Positions 9,039 to 18,539 of a stretch of 64,000 nt of DNA are shown in pieces. The DNA lies in the NCBI GenBank assembly GCA_965216905.1, contig OZ244213.1:214903-278902 (forward strand). The letters are read 5' to 3'. The stretch's first letter is position 1; every line of letters begins with the position of its first letter. The position numbers and the translations under genes are program-made. The stretch is from Acidimicrobiia bacterium (lineage in GTDB: Bacteria > Actinomycetota > Acidimicrobiia > Spongiisociales > ZC4RG35). The notes under the pieces were generated by a model. That model saw only the letters and a program-made list of their open reading frames with translations, was not told the origin of the DNA and made no database searches.

Positions 9039-10778
9039 ATGGACCTGAAGCTGATCGGTGCCGAGGCCAGCGAACAAGAGCAGGCGGTCATCGCCGCCAC
9101 CGCTGCTGCGGCGGAGGTCACCGAAGGCGGGGACAGGGTCGTCCGCACCCACAGGACCAGCTTGCGGCATCGATTGCTCCCGGTGCTGGCGGCCGTGCAA
9201 TCGGAGATCGGATACATCACGCCGGGGGCGGTCGACGAGATCGCAGCCCGGCTGCATGTCCCGCCCGCCGAGATCTACTCCGTGGCGACGTTCTATGCAC
9301 TGCTGGCGACCGAACCACGGCCGAACCGGGTCGCCCACGTCTGTGACGACACCGCCTGCCGGAGTGTTGGCGGAGCCGCCATCCTCTCCGCGCTCACCCA
9401 TCGCGATGATGTGATCCCGTCGCCCTGCCTCGGCCAGTGCGACCGGCGCCCGGCCGCGTTCATCCAGCGGGCCGGAGAACCGGATCTGGTACTGGGTGGC
9501 ACCGACGCCGCCGGTGTGCGGTCCGCCCTCGACCACGACCTCGAACAGCTCCCCCTGCTCACGACGATCTCGGCCGGTCCTCTGCTGAAACGGATCGGCA
9601 AGATCGACCCGGACTCGCTGGACGAGTACCGGTCGGCCGGCGGGTACCGGGCACTCGCCACCGCCCTCGAGATAGGCCCGGAGCGGGTCATCGCCGAGGT
9701 CAAGGCGGCGGGTCTGAAGGGCCGGGGTGGCGCGGCGTTCCCGACCGGGATCAAATGGGAGGGTGTCGCCGATCAGCCCGACGGGCCCAAGTACCTCGTC
9801 TGCAACGCCGACGAGTCGGAACCCGGCACCTTCAAGGACCGCGTCCTGATGGAAGGCGACCCCTACGCCCTCATCGAGGCAATGACCATCGCCGGCCTCA
9901 CGATCGGCGCCGAGAAGGGCTACTGCTACGTCCGGGGCGAGTATCCCGTCGCCACCGGTCGCCTCCACCACGCCCTCGGCCAGGCACGGTCGGCCGGGCT
10001 CTTGGGAGCGGATGTGGCCGGCTCCGGGCGGGCGTTCGAGATCGAGATCGTCCGCGGGCAGGGGGCGTACATCTGTGGAGAAGAGACGGCGCTCTTCAAC
10101 TCGATCGAGGGATTCCGTGGCGAACCGCGCCAGAAGCCTCCGTTCCCCACGACCCACGGGCTCTTTGGCCGGCCCACAGTCATCAACAACGTCGAGACGT
10201 TGGTCAACGTCCTTCCGATCCTCACCGGTGGTGTAGACGACTACCGGGCCGTCGGGACGGCCGACTCCACCGGCACGCGGTTGTTCTGTCTCTCCGGCGA
10301 CATCGCCTCGCCGGGTGTCTACGAGGTTCCGATGGGCTCGACCCTGGGCGGGCTGATCGAAGCTGCCGGAGGTCCCGTCGGCACACCATCGTTCGTCATG
10401 CTCGGAGGGGCCGCCGGCTCGCTGGTCGGCACCGACCGGTTCGACCTCCCCCTCACCTTCGAGGATGCCCGCGCTGCCGGCGTTTCGCTCGGATCCGGGG
10501 TGGTGATGCTCTTCTCGGATCAGGTCGACATGGTGGACATCGTCCGTCGGATCGCCCGCTTCTTCCGCGACGAGTCGTGCGGTCAGTGCGTCCCGTGCCG
10601 GGTGGGGACCGTCCGGGTCGAGGAAGCGGTCGCCCGTTCGAACGGCTCGATCGAGGCCTCCCTCATCCGTGACATGGACATCGCCATGAAGGACGCCTCG
10701 ATCTGCGGGCTCGGCCACACCGCCGCATCGGTCGTCCGCTCCGCCATCGATCTCGGCATCTTCGGCGAGCCACGATGA
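9039..10778 (+). CDS. Fused NuoE/NuoF-like NAD(H)-binding diaphorase subunit of the FDH
   Basis: N-terminal [2Fe-2S] CDDTAC...CLGQC; GRGGAAFPTG, CNADESEPGTFKDR, YICGEETAL, ESCGQCVPCR. Confidence 0.92.
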   Translation: MDLKLIGAEASEQEQAVIAATAAAAEVTEGGDRVVRTHRTSLRHRLLPVLAAVQSEIGYITPGAVDEIAARLHVPPAEIYSVATFYALLATEPRPNRVAHVCDDTACRSVGGAAILSALTHRDDVIPSPCLGQCDRRPAAFIQRAGEPDLVLGGTDAAGVRSALDHDLEQLPLLTTISAGPLLKRIGKIDPDSLDEYRSAGGYRALATALEIGPERVIAEVKAAGLKGRGGAAFPTGIKWEGVADQPDGPKYLVCNADESEPGTFKDRVLMEGDPYALIEAMTIAGLTIGAEKGYCYVRGEYPVATGRLHHALGQARSAGLLGADVAGSGRAFEIEIVRGQGAYICGEETALFNSIEGFRGEPRQKPPFPTTHGLFGRPTVINNVETLVNVLPILTGGVDDYRAVGTADSTGTRLFCLSGDIASPGVYEVPMGSTLGGLIEAAGGPVGTPSFVMLGGAAGSLVGTDRFDLPLTFEDARAAGVSLGSGVVMLFSDQVDMVDIVRRIARFFRDESCGQCVPCRVGTVRVEEAVARSNGSIEASLIRDMDIAMKDASICGLGHTAASVVRSAIDLGIFGEPR

Positions 10779-11788
10779 CCAGACCCGCCCGCACTCAAAC
10801 GCACGCCTACTCGGACCGGGATCGCGCCCCGGTGGAACGCACCGTGACCGTGACGCTCGACGGTCGCCCGGTCGAGGTGGAGGCCGGGGCGACGATCCTC
10901 GACGCATGCCGAGCGGTCGGCGCCGACCAGCCGACGCTCTGCTACTCGGACGTGCTGACACCGGTCAACGTGTGCCGGGTCTGCGTGGTGGAGGTCGAGG
11001 GTTCCCGCACCCTGGTCCCGTCGTGTTCGCGCCCGGCCGAGGACGGCATGGTCATCTCGACCGACTCCGAGCGTGTCCGCCACTCTCGCAAGCTGGTGTT
11101 CGAGTTCCTCGCCTCCTCGGTCGACCTGACGCTCGCCGACGACGAGACCCGACGATGGATGGATGAGTACGGATGTGACGCCGGACGCTTCGGTCCGCCC
11201 GCTCCATCGACCCAAGACCGGGACCGGCGGCATGCCGGCCATCACCCCCCTCCGGACGGCCGCACCGCCGAGACGGTGGCACAACCGACCAAGGTCGACA
11301 ACACCCTCTACGTCCGCGACTACTCACGCTGTGTCCTGTGTTACAAGTGCGTCGAGGCGTGCGGTGAGGATGCGCAGAACACCTTCGCCATCGCGGTGGC
11401 GGGTCGTGGCTTCGACGCCCGGATCTCGACCGAGTTCGACACCGGGCTCACCGAGTCGGCTTGCGTCTTCTGCGGCAACTGCATCGGCGTATGCCCGACC
11501 GGAGCCCTGATGTTCCGCTCCGAGCACGAGCTGCGGCAGGCCGAGATGTGGGACGAAGACGCCCAGCAGGTCACGCGAACGATCTGCTCATACTGTGGGG
11601 TGGGCTGCAACCTGGAGCTGCACGTCCAGGACAACCGGATCGTCAAGGTCACCTCGCCGCAAGACCACTCGGTCACCGCCGGCCACCTGTGCATCAAGGG
11701 CCGCTTCGGATACGAGTACGTCCAGGAGCTGGGCGACCTCTCCCAGACCCCCATCGACGACGTCCTGCAACGCGCCCGCCAGACCTGA
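10775..11788 (+). CDS. Fe-S subunit of the FDH ([2Fe-2S], 2x[4Fe-4S] and molybdopterin-oxidoreductase Fe4S4 domain)
   Basis: PTLC...CRVCVVE...SC; CVLCYKCVEAC; CVFCGNCIGVCP; C-terminal CSYCGVGC...LCIKGRFG. Confidence 0.9.
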   Translation: MTRPARTQTHAYSDRDRAPVERTVTVTLDGRPVEVEAGATILDACRAVGADQPTLCYSDVLTPVNVCRVCVVEVEGSRTLVPSCSRPAEDGMVISTDSERVRHSRKLVFEFLASSVDLTLADDETRRWMDEYGCDAGRFGPPAPSTQDRDRRHAGHHPPPDGRTAETVAQPTKVDNTLYVRDYSRCVLCYKCVEACGEDAQNTFAIAVAGRGFDARISTEFDTGLTESACVFCGNCIGVCPTGALMFRSEHELRQAEMWDEDAQQVTRTICSYCGVGCNLELHVQDNRIVKVTSPQDHSVTAGHLCIKGRFGYEYVQELGDLSQTPIDDVLQRARQT

Positions 11789-11806
11789 CGACGCCACCCT
11801 CGGTCT

Positions 11807-11995
11807 TGCACAGTGTGCAGGACCGACCGCTCCGCAGCCGTCCGCGCACAATGTGCAGGACCGACCGGGCGCGTGCACAGTGTGCAGGACCGACCGCTCC
11901 GCAGCCGTTCGCGCACAGTGTGCGAATTGTTGGTGGTCGGGTCGTGCACAGTGTGCAGGATCAACCGCCTCGCAGCCGTTCGCGCACAATGTGCA
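11807..11995. repeat. Array of palindromic REP-like repeats (3 units, 6 GCACARTGTGC cores)
   Basis: Cores start at 11808, 11846, 11875, 11913, 11946 and 11984; spacings 38/29/38/33/38. Confidence 0.85.
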
Positions 11996-12029
11996 GAAGC
12001 GGGGTCGGGGTGGTCGCTAGCGTTGATCG

Positions 12030-13304
12030 GTGCCCTTCCGACGGTCCGTCCCCGGGGCGGAGCGACCCACCCACCATCGCGACTTCCGGCTGCTGCTGGC
12101 CGGGCTGGTCGTAGACACGGCCGGCAATGCCACGTTCCGTGTGGTGTTGCCGTTCGCCGTGCTCGACGTGCTGGGCATCTCCTTCGACCGGCCGGGGGCG
12201 CTGACCGAGGCCGCCGGCGTGCTGGGGCTGGTGGTGGGAGCGCAGACGGTCGGTGTGGTGGCGCTGATGCTGGTCGGCGGGGTGGTGGCCGACCGGGTGT
12301 CGCGGTCGGTCGTCCTCACCTGGTCGAACGCCGTGGCGTCGGTGATCGACGCCGTCCTCGCCTGGTCGGTCATCTCCGGGTGGGCGACGATCCCCCTGAT
12401 GATCGTGCTGGCCTTCCTGGGAGGGGGGTCCGCCGCCATGTCGTCCCCAGCGGCCATGGCCATCGTCCCGGAGACGGTTCCGGCCCGTCTCCTTCAGGAG
12501 GCCAATGCGCTGTCCTCGTCGGCCCGGAGCGTCGTGCGAGTGCTCTCGCTGGTCCTCGGCGGCGGTCTGGCGATCGCGATCGGGCCGGGCTGGGGCATCG
12601 CCTTCAACGCACTCACCTTCGCGGTGGTTGCCTTCCTGTTCTCGGCCATCACCGCCAGGCCGCTCGCCCGACAACCGTCGCGAGTCATCGACGATCTGCG
12701 GGAGGGATGGCAGATATTCGTCGAACGGCGCTGGGCCTGGGTGGTGGTGCTCTCCTTCCTCGTGCAGAACGCCGCCTTCTCGGGAACGCTGCTCGTGTTG
12801 GGTCCCCTCATCGCCAAGACCACCTTCGGTGAAGAGTGGTGGGGCTGGGTCCTCGCATCGGAGTCGATCGGCTTGCTGGTCGTCGCCTTCGTCCTCAGCC
12901 GCAGCAGTCACCGGGCGCGTTTGTCGAACGGGATGATCGGCGCCGCCCTCACCGCCCCGTTCATGGCGGTGCTGGGCGTCCAGGCACCGATCATCGGCGT
13001 CGTGCTGACAGCCGGGGTGATCATGGGGATCGGGATCGGATACTTCGACGTCGCCTGGAATGTCAGCCTCCAGCACCACATGCCCGAAGAGGCGCTGTCG
13101 CGGGTGTACTCGGTCGACGCGCTCGGCTCGCTGGCTGCCGTTCCGATCGGCCAGATGGCGGTGGGAGCCATCGCTGCGGTCGCCGGTGTCACGACGACGA
13201 TCTACGCCCTGGCGGGGCTGGTACTCGTGTTGTCGCTGGTGGTCCTGGCCGTTCCGGAGGTCCGGCATCTGCCGCCGGCGGCGTCGAAACAGGCCGGCGG
13301 ATAG
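12030..13304 (+). CDS. MFS transporter (DHA3/H+ antiporter-like)
   Basis: About 12 hydrophobic segments; GGVVADRVSR motif A; LSRVYSVD. Confidence 0.9.
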   Translation: MPFRRSVPGAERPTHHRDFRLLLAGLVVDTAGNATFRVVLPFAVLDVLGISFDRPGALTEAAGVLGLVVGAQTVGVVALMLVGGVVADRVSRSVVLTWSNAVASVIDAVLAWSVISGWATIPLMIVLAFLGGGSAAMSSPAAMAIVPETVPARLLQEANALSSSARSVVRVLSLVLGGGLAIAIGPGWGIAFNALTFAVVAFLFSAITARPLARQPSRVIDDLREGWQIFVERRWAWVVVLSFLVQNAAFSGTLLVLGPLIAKTTFGEEWWGWVLASESIGLLVVAFVLSRSSHRARLSNGMIGAALTAPFMAVLGVQAPIIGVVLTAGVIMGIGIGYFDVAWNVSLQHHMPEEALSRVYSVDALGSLAAVPIGQMAVGAIAAVAGVTTTIYALAGLVLVLSLVVLAVPEVRHLPPAASKQAGG

Positions 13305-13314
13305 GCTGGGCTCG

Positions 13315-13683
13315 GTGGGTTCACATCCGGCCAATCTGGCGGTACGCCTCGCCCTCGAGCTGGCGGCACTCGCCGCCCTGGGCTGGTGGGGGTGGAATCT
13401 CGGGAGCGGCGCCACCCGAATCGTGTTCGCCGTCGCCCTGCCGATGGTGGCGGCCGCCGTGTGGGGCATCTTCAACGTACCCGGCGATCCCAGTCGCTCC
13501 GGGCAGGCCCCGATCGTCGTTCCGGGAGTCGTCCGGCTGATACTCGAGTTGGTCGTGCTGGCGGCCGGTGCCTGGGCATGGTCGCAGGTCGCCGGCCCCC
13601 TCCCGGCCCGCCTCTTCGCCGCGATCGTGGCCGTCCACTATGCGGCGTCCTACGACCGCATTCGCTGGCTGCTCGACCGGTGA
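13315..13683 (+). CDS. YrdB/DUF2568-like membrane protein
   Basis: NLAVRLALELAALAALGWWG...WGIF...RLILELVV pattern. Start GTG 13315 inferred. Confidence 0.75.
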   Translation: MGSHPANLAVRLALELAALAALGWWGWNLGSGATRIVFAVALPMVAAAVWGIFNVPGDPSRSGQAPIVVPGVVRLILELVVLAAGAWAWSQVAGPLPARLFAAIVAVHYAASYDRIRWLLDR

Positions 13684-13735
13684 CGATCGGCGGCCGACCT
13701 CGGCGTCGTCTCGAGCGCACCGGTACCGTGAAGCC

Positions 13736-14644
13736 GTGATCCGCTTCATCGATGCCGACCAGGTCCACGAGGCGCTTCCGTGGACGGCATTGGTCGAGGC
13801 GCTCCGGGTCGGCCATCTGGGCCAGCGACCACAGACCGGTCGGCTCTTCATGGAGCACGAAGGCGACGGGCTGCTCATCCTTCCCGGATGGACAGGCGCC
13901 GGGTCGATCGGCATCAAGCTGGTCACCATCTTTCCGGAGAACCGCACTCGCGGGCTGGCTTCGGTGCAGGCGATCTATACGGTGTTCGACGGGACGGATG
14001 GGAGGCCGCTGGCGGTTCTGGATGGCACGGCCCTGACGTACCGAAAGACCGCGGCGGACTCGGCCCTCGGGTCGATGTTGCTGGCGAGACGCGACGCCCG
14101 AACGATGACGATCGTCGGAGCGGGCGGGCTCGCTCCGTATCTGGTGGCCGCTCATCGGGCAGTCCACCCCACGATCGACCGGGTGTTGGTGTGGAACCGA
14201 ACGCCGGCGGGTGCCGAACGGCTGGCCGAGTCGATCGGGGCCGGCGAGGCGGTCGAGGACCTCGAGACCGCCATCCGTCGAGCCGACATCGTCTCGTGCG
14301 CCACCATGTCGGAGGAGCCTCTGGTTCAAGGTGCCTGGCTCTCACCGGGCGTCCATGTCGACCTCGTCGGCGCATATCAACCCCACATGCGCGAGTCGGA
14401 CGACGAGGTCATGCGTCGCGGCCGGATCTTCGTCGACAACCCCGAGACCACCACCGATGAGGCCGGTGATCTCCTCTCCCCCATCGCCTCGGGTGCCATC
14501 ACCGCCGACGACGTGATCGGCGACTTGTTCGACCTGTGCAAGGGCGACGTCGACGGCCGGACGACGGACGTCGACATCACGGTCTTCAAGAATGGTGGTG
14601 GTGCGCATCTCGACCTGATGACCGCCTCGTTCCTCCTGGCATGA
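13736..14644 (+). CDS. Ornithine cyclodeaminase/mu-crystallin family protein
   Basis: GIKLVTIFPEN, LDGTALTYRKTAADS, IVGAGGLA, HVDLVGAY, FKNGG. Confidence 0.92.
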   Translation: MIRFIDADQVHEALPWTALVEALRVGHLGQRPQTGRLFMEHEGDGLLILPGWTGAGSIGIKLVTIFPENRTRGLASVQAIYTVFDGTDGRPLAVLDGTALTYRKTAADSALGSMLLARRDARTMTIVGAGGLAPYLVAAHRAVHPTIDRVLVWNRTPAGAERLAESIGAGEAVEDLETAIRRADIVSCATMSEEPLVQGAWLSPGVHVDLVGAYQPHMRESDDEVMRRGRIFVDNPETTTDEAGDLLSPIASGAITADDVIGDLFDLCKGDVDGRTTDVDITVFKNGGGAHLDLMTASFLLA

Positions 14645-16608
14645 CCCGGTTCCCCCACGTCTTCCGGCCGCTCGCACTCCGCCACAAGACGCTGAAGCAC
14701 CGGATCACCTTCGGCGCCCACACCGCCAACATGGCCGAAGACGGTCTCCCCGGAGATCGCCACATCGCGTACTACCGGGAGCGGGCCGTCGGTGGCGCGG
14801 CGATGATCGTGGTCGAGCCCATACCCACCCACGCCACCGGCGTGCTGACCCGAGGCAACTTCACACACTCCGACGATGGCGTCATTCCGGCATTTCGCCG
14901 GCTCACCGAATCCGTGCGCGATGCGGCCGACGACATCGTCCTGATCCACCAGCTCTATCACGTCGGACAGCACGGAGACGCCGACAACTCATTCGCTCCC
15001 AACTGGTCGCCGTCCGGTCTTCCTTCCTATCACGATGCCGACGGCAGTCACGCCATGACGGAAGCCGAGATCGAAGAGCTGATCGGGGGATTCGTCGAGG
15101 CGGCCCGCCGTGCCCGGGACTCGGGTTTCGACGGCGTGGAACTGTTCGCCGCCTACCACGCGGTGATCGACCAGTTCTGGACGCCGTGGTCGAACCGGCG
15201 TGACGATCGGTGGGGAGGAAGCCTCGACAACCGAGTGCGGTTCTCCTCGCGGATCATCGACGGCATACGCCAACGCTGCGGCGACGAGTTCATCGTCGGG
15301 CTGGCCGTCAACGTCGACGAGGAAGCCGAGGCCGGCCTCTCGCTCGATGCGTTGTGCGAAATCGTCGCCTGGCACGATGAGCGTGCGCTGATCGACTATG
15401 TCACCTGCGGGACGGGGAGCTACTTCGACTTCTACAAGCTGATGCCGACCTCGCTCTACCCGGCACGGCTCGGAGAGCGATACGCAGCAGCCCTCAAGGC
15501 CACGGTGTCGCATGCCCGCGTCCAAGCCGAGAGCCACATCAGAACCCCGGCCGATGCGGAAGCGGTTCTGGAGGCCGGAAACGCCGACCTGGTCAGCATC
15601 GTGCGGGGCCAGATCGCCGACCCGCATCTCGTCCACAAAGCCGCCACCGGGCGGCCCGGCGAGATCCGACCGTGCATCTCGTGCAACCAGATGTGCTGGG
15701 GCCGGCGCTCCCGCGACTACTGGATCTCCTGCCTGGTCAACCCGTCGGCCGGCCGCGAATTCCAGTGGGGTGGCGACCGTTTCTCTCCGGCTCCGACCCG
15801 CAAACGAATCGCGGTGGTGGGGGCGGGACCCGCCGGCCTGGAGGTCGCCCGAGTCGCCGCCGAACGTGGCCATACGGTGACGCTGTTCGAAGAGCGGGCA
15901 ACGATCGGTGGCCAGTGGCGCCTGGCCGGTTCCCAGCCATCCCGCGCACAGATACTCGACCACCTGGACTGGTACGAACGCCGCTTGCGGGATCTCGGTG
16001 TGAAACTCCTGGTCGACAACACTGCCACCGTCTCGGACCTCGAGCGCTACGACGAGGTGGTGCTGGCGACTGGTTCGGTTCCTCCTCGCACCGGGTTCCA
16101 GCGCTCCCGCCCGACCGTCCAACGCCTACCCGGCATCGAATCGGGATCTGCCTACGACATCCGCGACGTGCTCGCCGACTCCGCTGCGCCGAGCGGTCGG
16201 GTCCTGGTCGTGGACGATCTCGGCGACTGGCGCGGGTTGGGCACCGCACTGGCGATGACCGAGGACGGACTCGACGTCACGATCATCACCGGGGCTCCGG
16301 TGATCGGTGGAGGCCTGTTTCACAGTGCCGCGGACGTCCCCCTCCGTCGACGTTTTGCCCGGGCCGGTGGGGTGATGCGCCCGAGGATGGCCATCACGTC
16401 GTGGCAGCCGGGCGCCGCCACCCTGGTCCACCTCGACACGGGATCGGCCTCGACCGAGCCCTTCGACACGCTGGTGATCGCCGAGACCGCGACACCGCGA
16501 CTCGACGTCCCGGCCGGTCCGGGGCATCACGAGATCGGAGATCGGGTGGCGCCTCGGCGGGCCTCATTGGCCTTCTACGAAGGACGGAAGCTCGCCCTCG
16601 AGCTCTGA
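14641..16608 (+). CDS. NADH:flavin oxidoreductase (Old Yellow Enzyme TIM barrel plus Fe-S and FAD domains; TMADH/DgcA-like)
   Basis: YYRERAVGGAAMIV, GFDGVELFAAY, CISCNQMC...CLVNP, VVGAGPAGLE. ATGA overlap with the OCD-family gene. Confidence 0.88.
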   Translation: MTRFPHVFRPLALRHKTLKHRITFGAHTANMAEDGLPGDRHIAYYRERAVGGAAMIVVEPIPTHATGVLTRGNFTHSDDGVIPAFRRLTESVRDAADDIVLIHQLYHVGQHGDADNSFAPNWSPSGLPSYHDADGSHAMTEAEIEELIGGFVEAARRARDSGFDGVELFAAYHAVIDQFWTPWSNRRDDRWGGSLDNRVRFSSRIIDGIRQRCGDEFIVGLAVNVDEEAEAGLSLDALCEIVAWHDERALIDYVTCGTGSYFDFYKLMPTSLYPARLGERYAAALKATVSHARVQAESHIRTPADAEAVLEAGNADLVSIVRGQIADPHLVHKAATGRPGEIRPCISCNQMCWGRRSRDYWISCLVNPSAGREFQWGGDRFSPAPTRKRIAVVGAGPAGLEVARVAAERGHTVTLFEERATIGGQWRLAGSQPSRAQILDHLDWYERRLRDLGVKLLVDNTATVSDLERYDEVVLATGSVPPRTGFQRSRPTVQRLPGIESGSAYDIRDVLADSAAPSGRVLVVDDLGDWRGLGTALAMTEDGLDVTIITGAPVIGGGLFHSAADVPLRRRFARAGGVMRPRMAITSWQPGAATLVHLDTGSASTEPFDTLVIAETATPRLDVPAGPGHHEIGDRVAPRRASLAFYEGRKLALEL

Positions 16609-16703
16609 CCGAGGTCACATTCGCCGTCGCGCCATCACCACACCTGCGTAACGCTCCGTTCTGAGGAGTCCCTCCGGGGCGGCCCCTGCCAGAATCGACG
16701 CTC

Positions 16704-18455
16704 GTGTTCTCCGCCCGCTTCGACGACCTGCGGCCCCGTCGGCGCCGATCCTTCCGACTCCTCGACCCGGTCACCGAGATCGTCGCGGCCGGCCCGACAG
16801 CCGTCGGACCCGCCATCGAAGCCGCCGAGCGAGCCGTGGCCGCCGGGCACTGGGTGGCGGGGTGGGTCTCCTACGAAGCGAGCGGCGGGCTCGACCCCTC
16901 CCTCGTCGGCGTGAACCCCACCGGCACGGCGTTCGAGTCGCTGCCCCTCGTCTGGTTCGGCGTCTTCGAGCGCCGGGCACGGACCGATGAGGTCGACGGC
17001 ACCTACCGGCTCGGCGAATGGACACCGAGCATCGGACCCGCTGAACACCGCGCCGCAGTCGGTCGCATCCGCGAGCGAATCCGGATGGGCGACACCTATC
17101 AGGTCAATCACACCTTCCGCATGCACGCCCCGTTCGAGGGCGAGATCGATGCGCTGTATCGGGACCTGAGCCGGGCGCAGAGCTGCGGGTATGGAGCAAT
17201 GATCGACGCCGGGCGGTGGGCCATCGCCTCCGCCTCCCCGGAGCTGTTCTTCGAGTGGCGACACGAGCGGCTCGTCTCGCGGCCGATGAAGGGAACGACC
17301 CGCCGCGGACTCGACCTGGCCACCGACGAGGAGTGCCGGCATTGGCTCCAGACATCGGAGAAGAACCAGGCGGAGAACCTGATGATCGTCGACATGGTCC
17401 GTAACGACATGGGCCGGGTGGCCCGGACGGGGTCGGTCTCCGTCCCGGACATCTTCACCACCGAGAAGTACGACACGGTATGGCAACTCACCTCCACCGT
17501 GACGTCCCGAACCAAGCCGCACACCACCTTGCTCGACGTGTTCTCCGCTCTGTTTCCGTGCGCGTCGATCACGGGTGCTCCCAAAGTGGCGACCATGGCG
17601 ATCATCGCCGAACTCGAGCCCGATCCACGCGGGGTCTACTGCGGAGCGATCGGTTTCGGAGGACCGGGCACCGCCGGGCCGGAATGGAACTTCAACGTGG
17701 GCATCCGCACGGTGGCCGTCGACCGGACGACGGCCACCGCCTGGTATGGCACCGGCGGTGGTGTGACCTACGACTCGACGGCCGAGGGGGAGTACGACGA
17801 GGCCCTGCTCAAGGCCGCCGTGCTCCACCGGCGGGGTGCCGACTTCCAGCTGCTGGAGACGATGCGCTGGACGCCGTCCGACGGTTTCCGCAACCACGAG
17901 CGACACCTCCGGCGCCTCACCGACTCCGCCTGGTACTTCGACATCCCCCTCGACCCGGCCGAGGCGCGCACGGCCCTGCTGCGGGCGGTCTCACGCCGTA
18001 CGTCACCCACCAGGGTCCGCCTCACGGTGGATCGAACCGGCTGGGTCGACGTCACCATCGCCGACGCCCCGGCGGCGGCGACGCGACCCGTCACGCTCGT
18101 CATCGACACCGTCCCGGTTCATGCCGAAGACCCGTTTCTCCATCACAAGACCACGAACCGCTCCGTATACGACGCGGCCGCCGCCCGCCATCCGGACGCC
18201 GACGATGTCCTGCTGATCAACGATCGAGGCGACGTCACCGAGACCACCATCGCCAGCGCGGCCTTCCGCATCGACGGCGAGTGGAGAACACCTCCCACCG
18301 CCTCAGGGTGCCTGGGAGGTGTGGAGCGGGCGGCCGGTCTGGAGGCCGGGAGGCTGGTCGAGCGGCGAGTCACCGCCGACGAGGCGCGAGCCGCCGAACA
18401 CGTGGTCCGTCTGAACTCCCTCCGCGGCTGGGAACCCTGCGTCATCGGATTCTGA
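16704..18455 (+). CDS. pabB: Aminodeoxychorismate synthase component I fused to an aminotransferase class IV (PabC-like) domain
   Basis: GDTYQVN, SASPELF, RPMKGT, KNQAENLMIVDMVRND, GAPKVA, RGVYCGAIG; C-terminal LLETMR...HKTTNR...LNSLRG. Confidence 0.88.
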   Translation: MFSARFDDLRPRRRRSFRLLDPVTEIVAAGPTAVGPAIEAAERAVAAGHWVAGWVSYEASGGLDPSLVGVNPTGTAFESLPLVWFGVFERRARTDEVDGTYRLGEWTPSIGPAEHRAAVGRIRERIRMGDTYQVNHTFRMHAPFEGEIDALYRDLSRAQSCGYGAMIDAGRWAIASASPELFFEWRHERLVSRPMKGTTRRGLDLATDEECRHWLQTSEKNQAENLMIVDMVRNDMGRVARTGSVSVPDIFTTEKYDTVWQLTSTVTSRTKPHTTLLDVFSALFPCASITGAPKVATMAIIAELEPDPRGVYCGAIGFGGPGTAGPEWNFNVGIRTVAVDRTTATAWYGTGGGVTYDSTAEGEYDEALLKAAVLHRRGADFQLLETMRWTPSDGFRNHERHLRRLTDSAWYFDIPLDPAEARTALLRAVSRRTSPTRVRLTVDRTGWVDVTIADAPAAATRPVTLVIDTVPVHAEDPFLHHKTTNRSVYDAAAARHPDADDVLLINDRGDVTETTIASAAFRIDGEWRTPPTASGCLGGVERAAGLEAGRLVERRVTADEARAAEHVVRLNSLRGWEPCVIGF

Positions 18456-18539
18456 CGTATCAGCGCTGCGTTCCGGTGCTCTGTTCCCCGTCGGATGGAC
18501 AGGTCGCCGTCCGACATCCACAGACCGAAGGGGGTACAC

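Noticed and set aside
11807-11995. CRISPR array
   Set aside because: Linkers are only 18-22 nt and partly repeat-derived, the ~50-nt units have twin palindromes, and no cas genes or leader are present.
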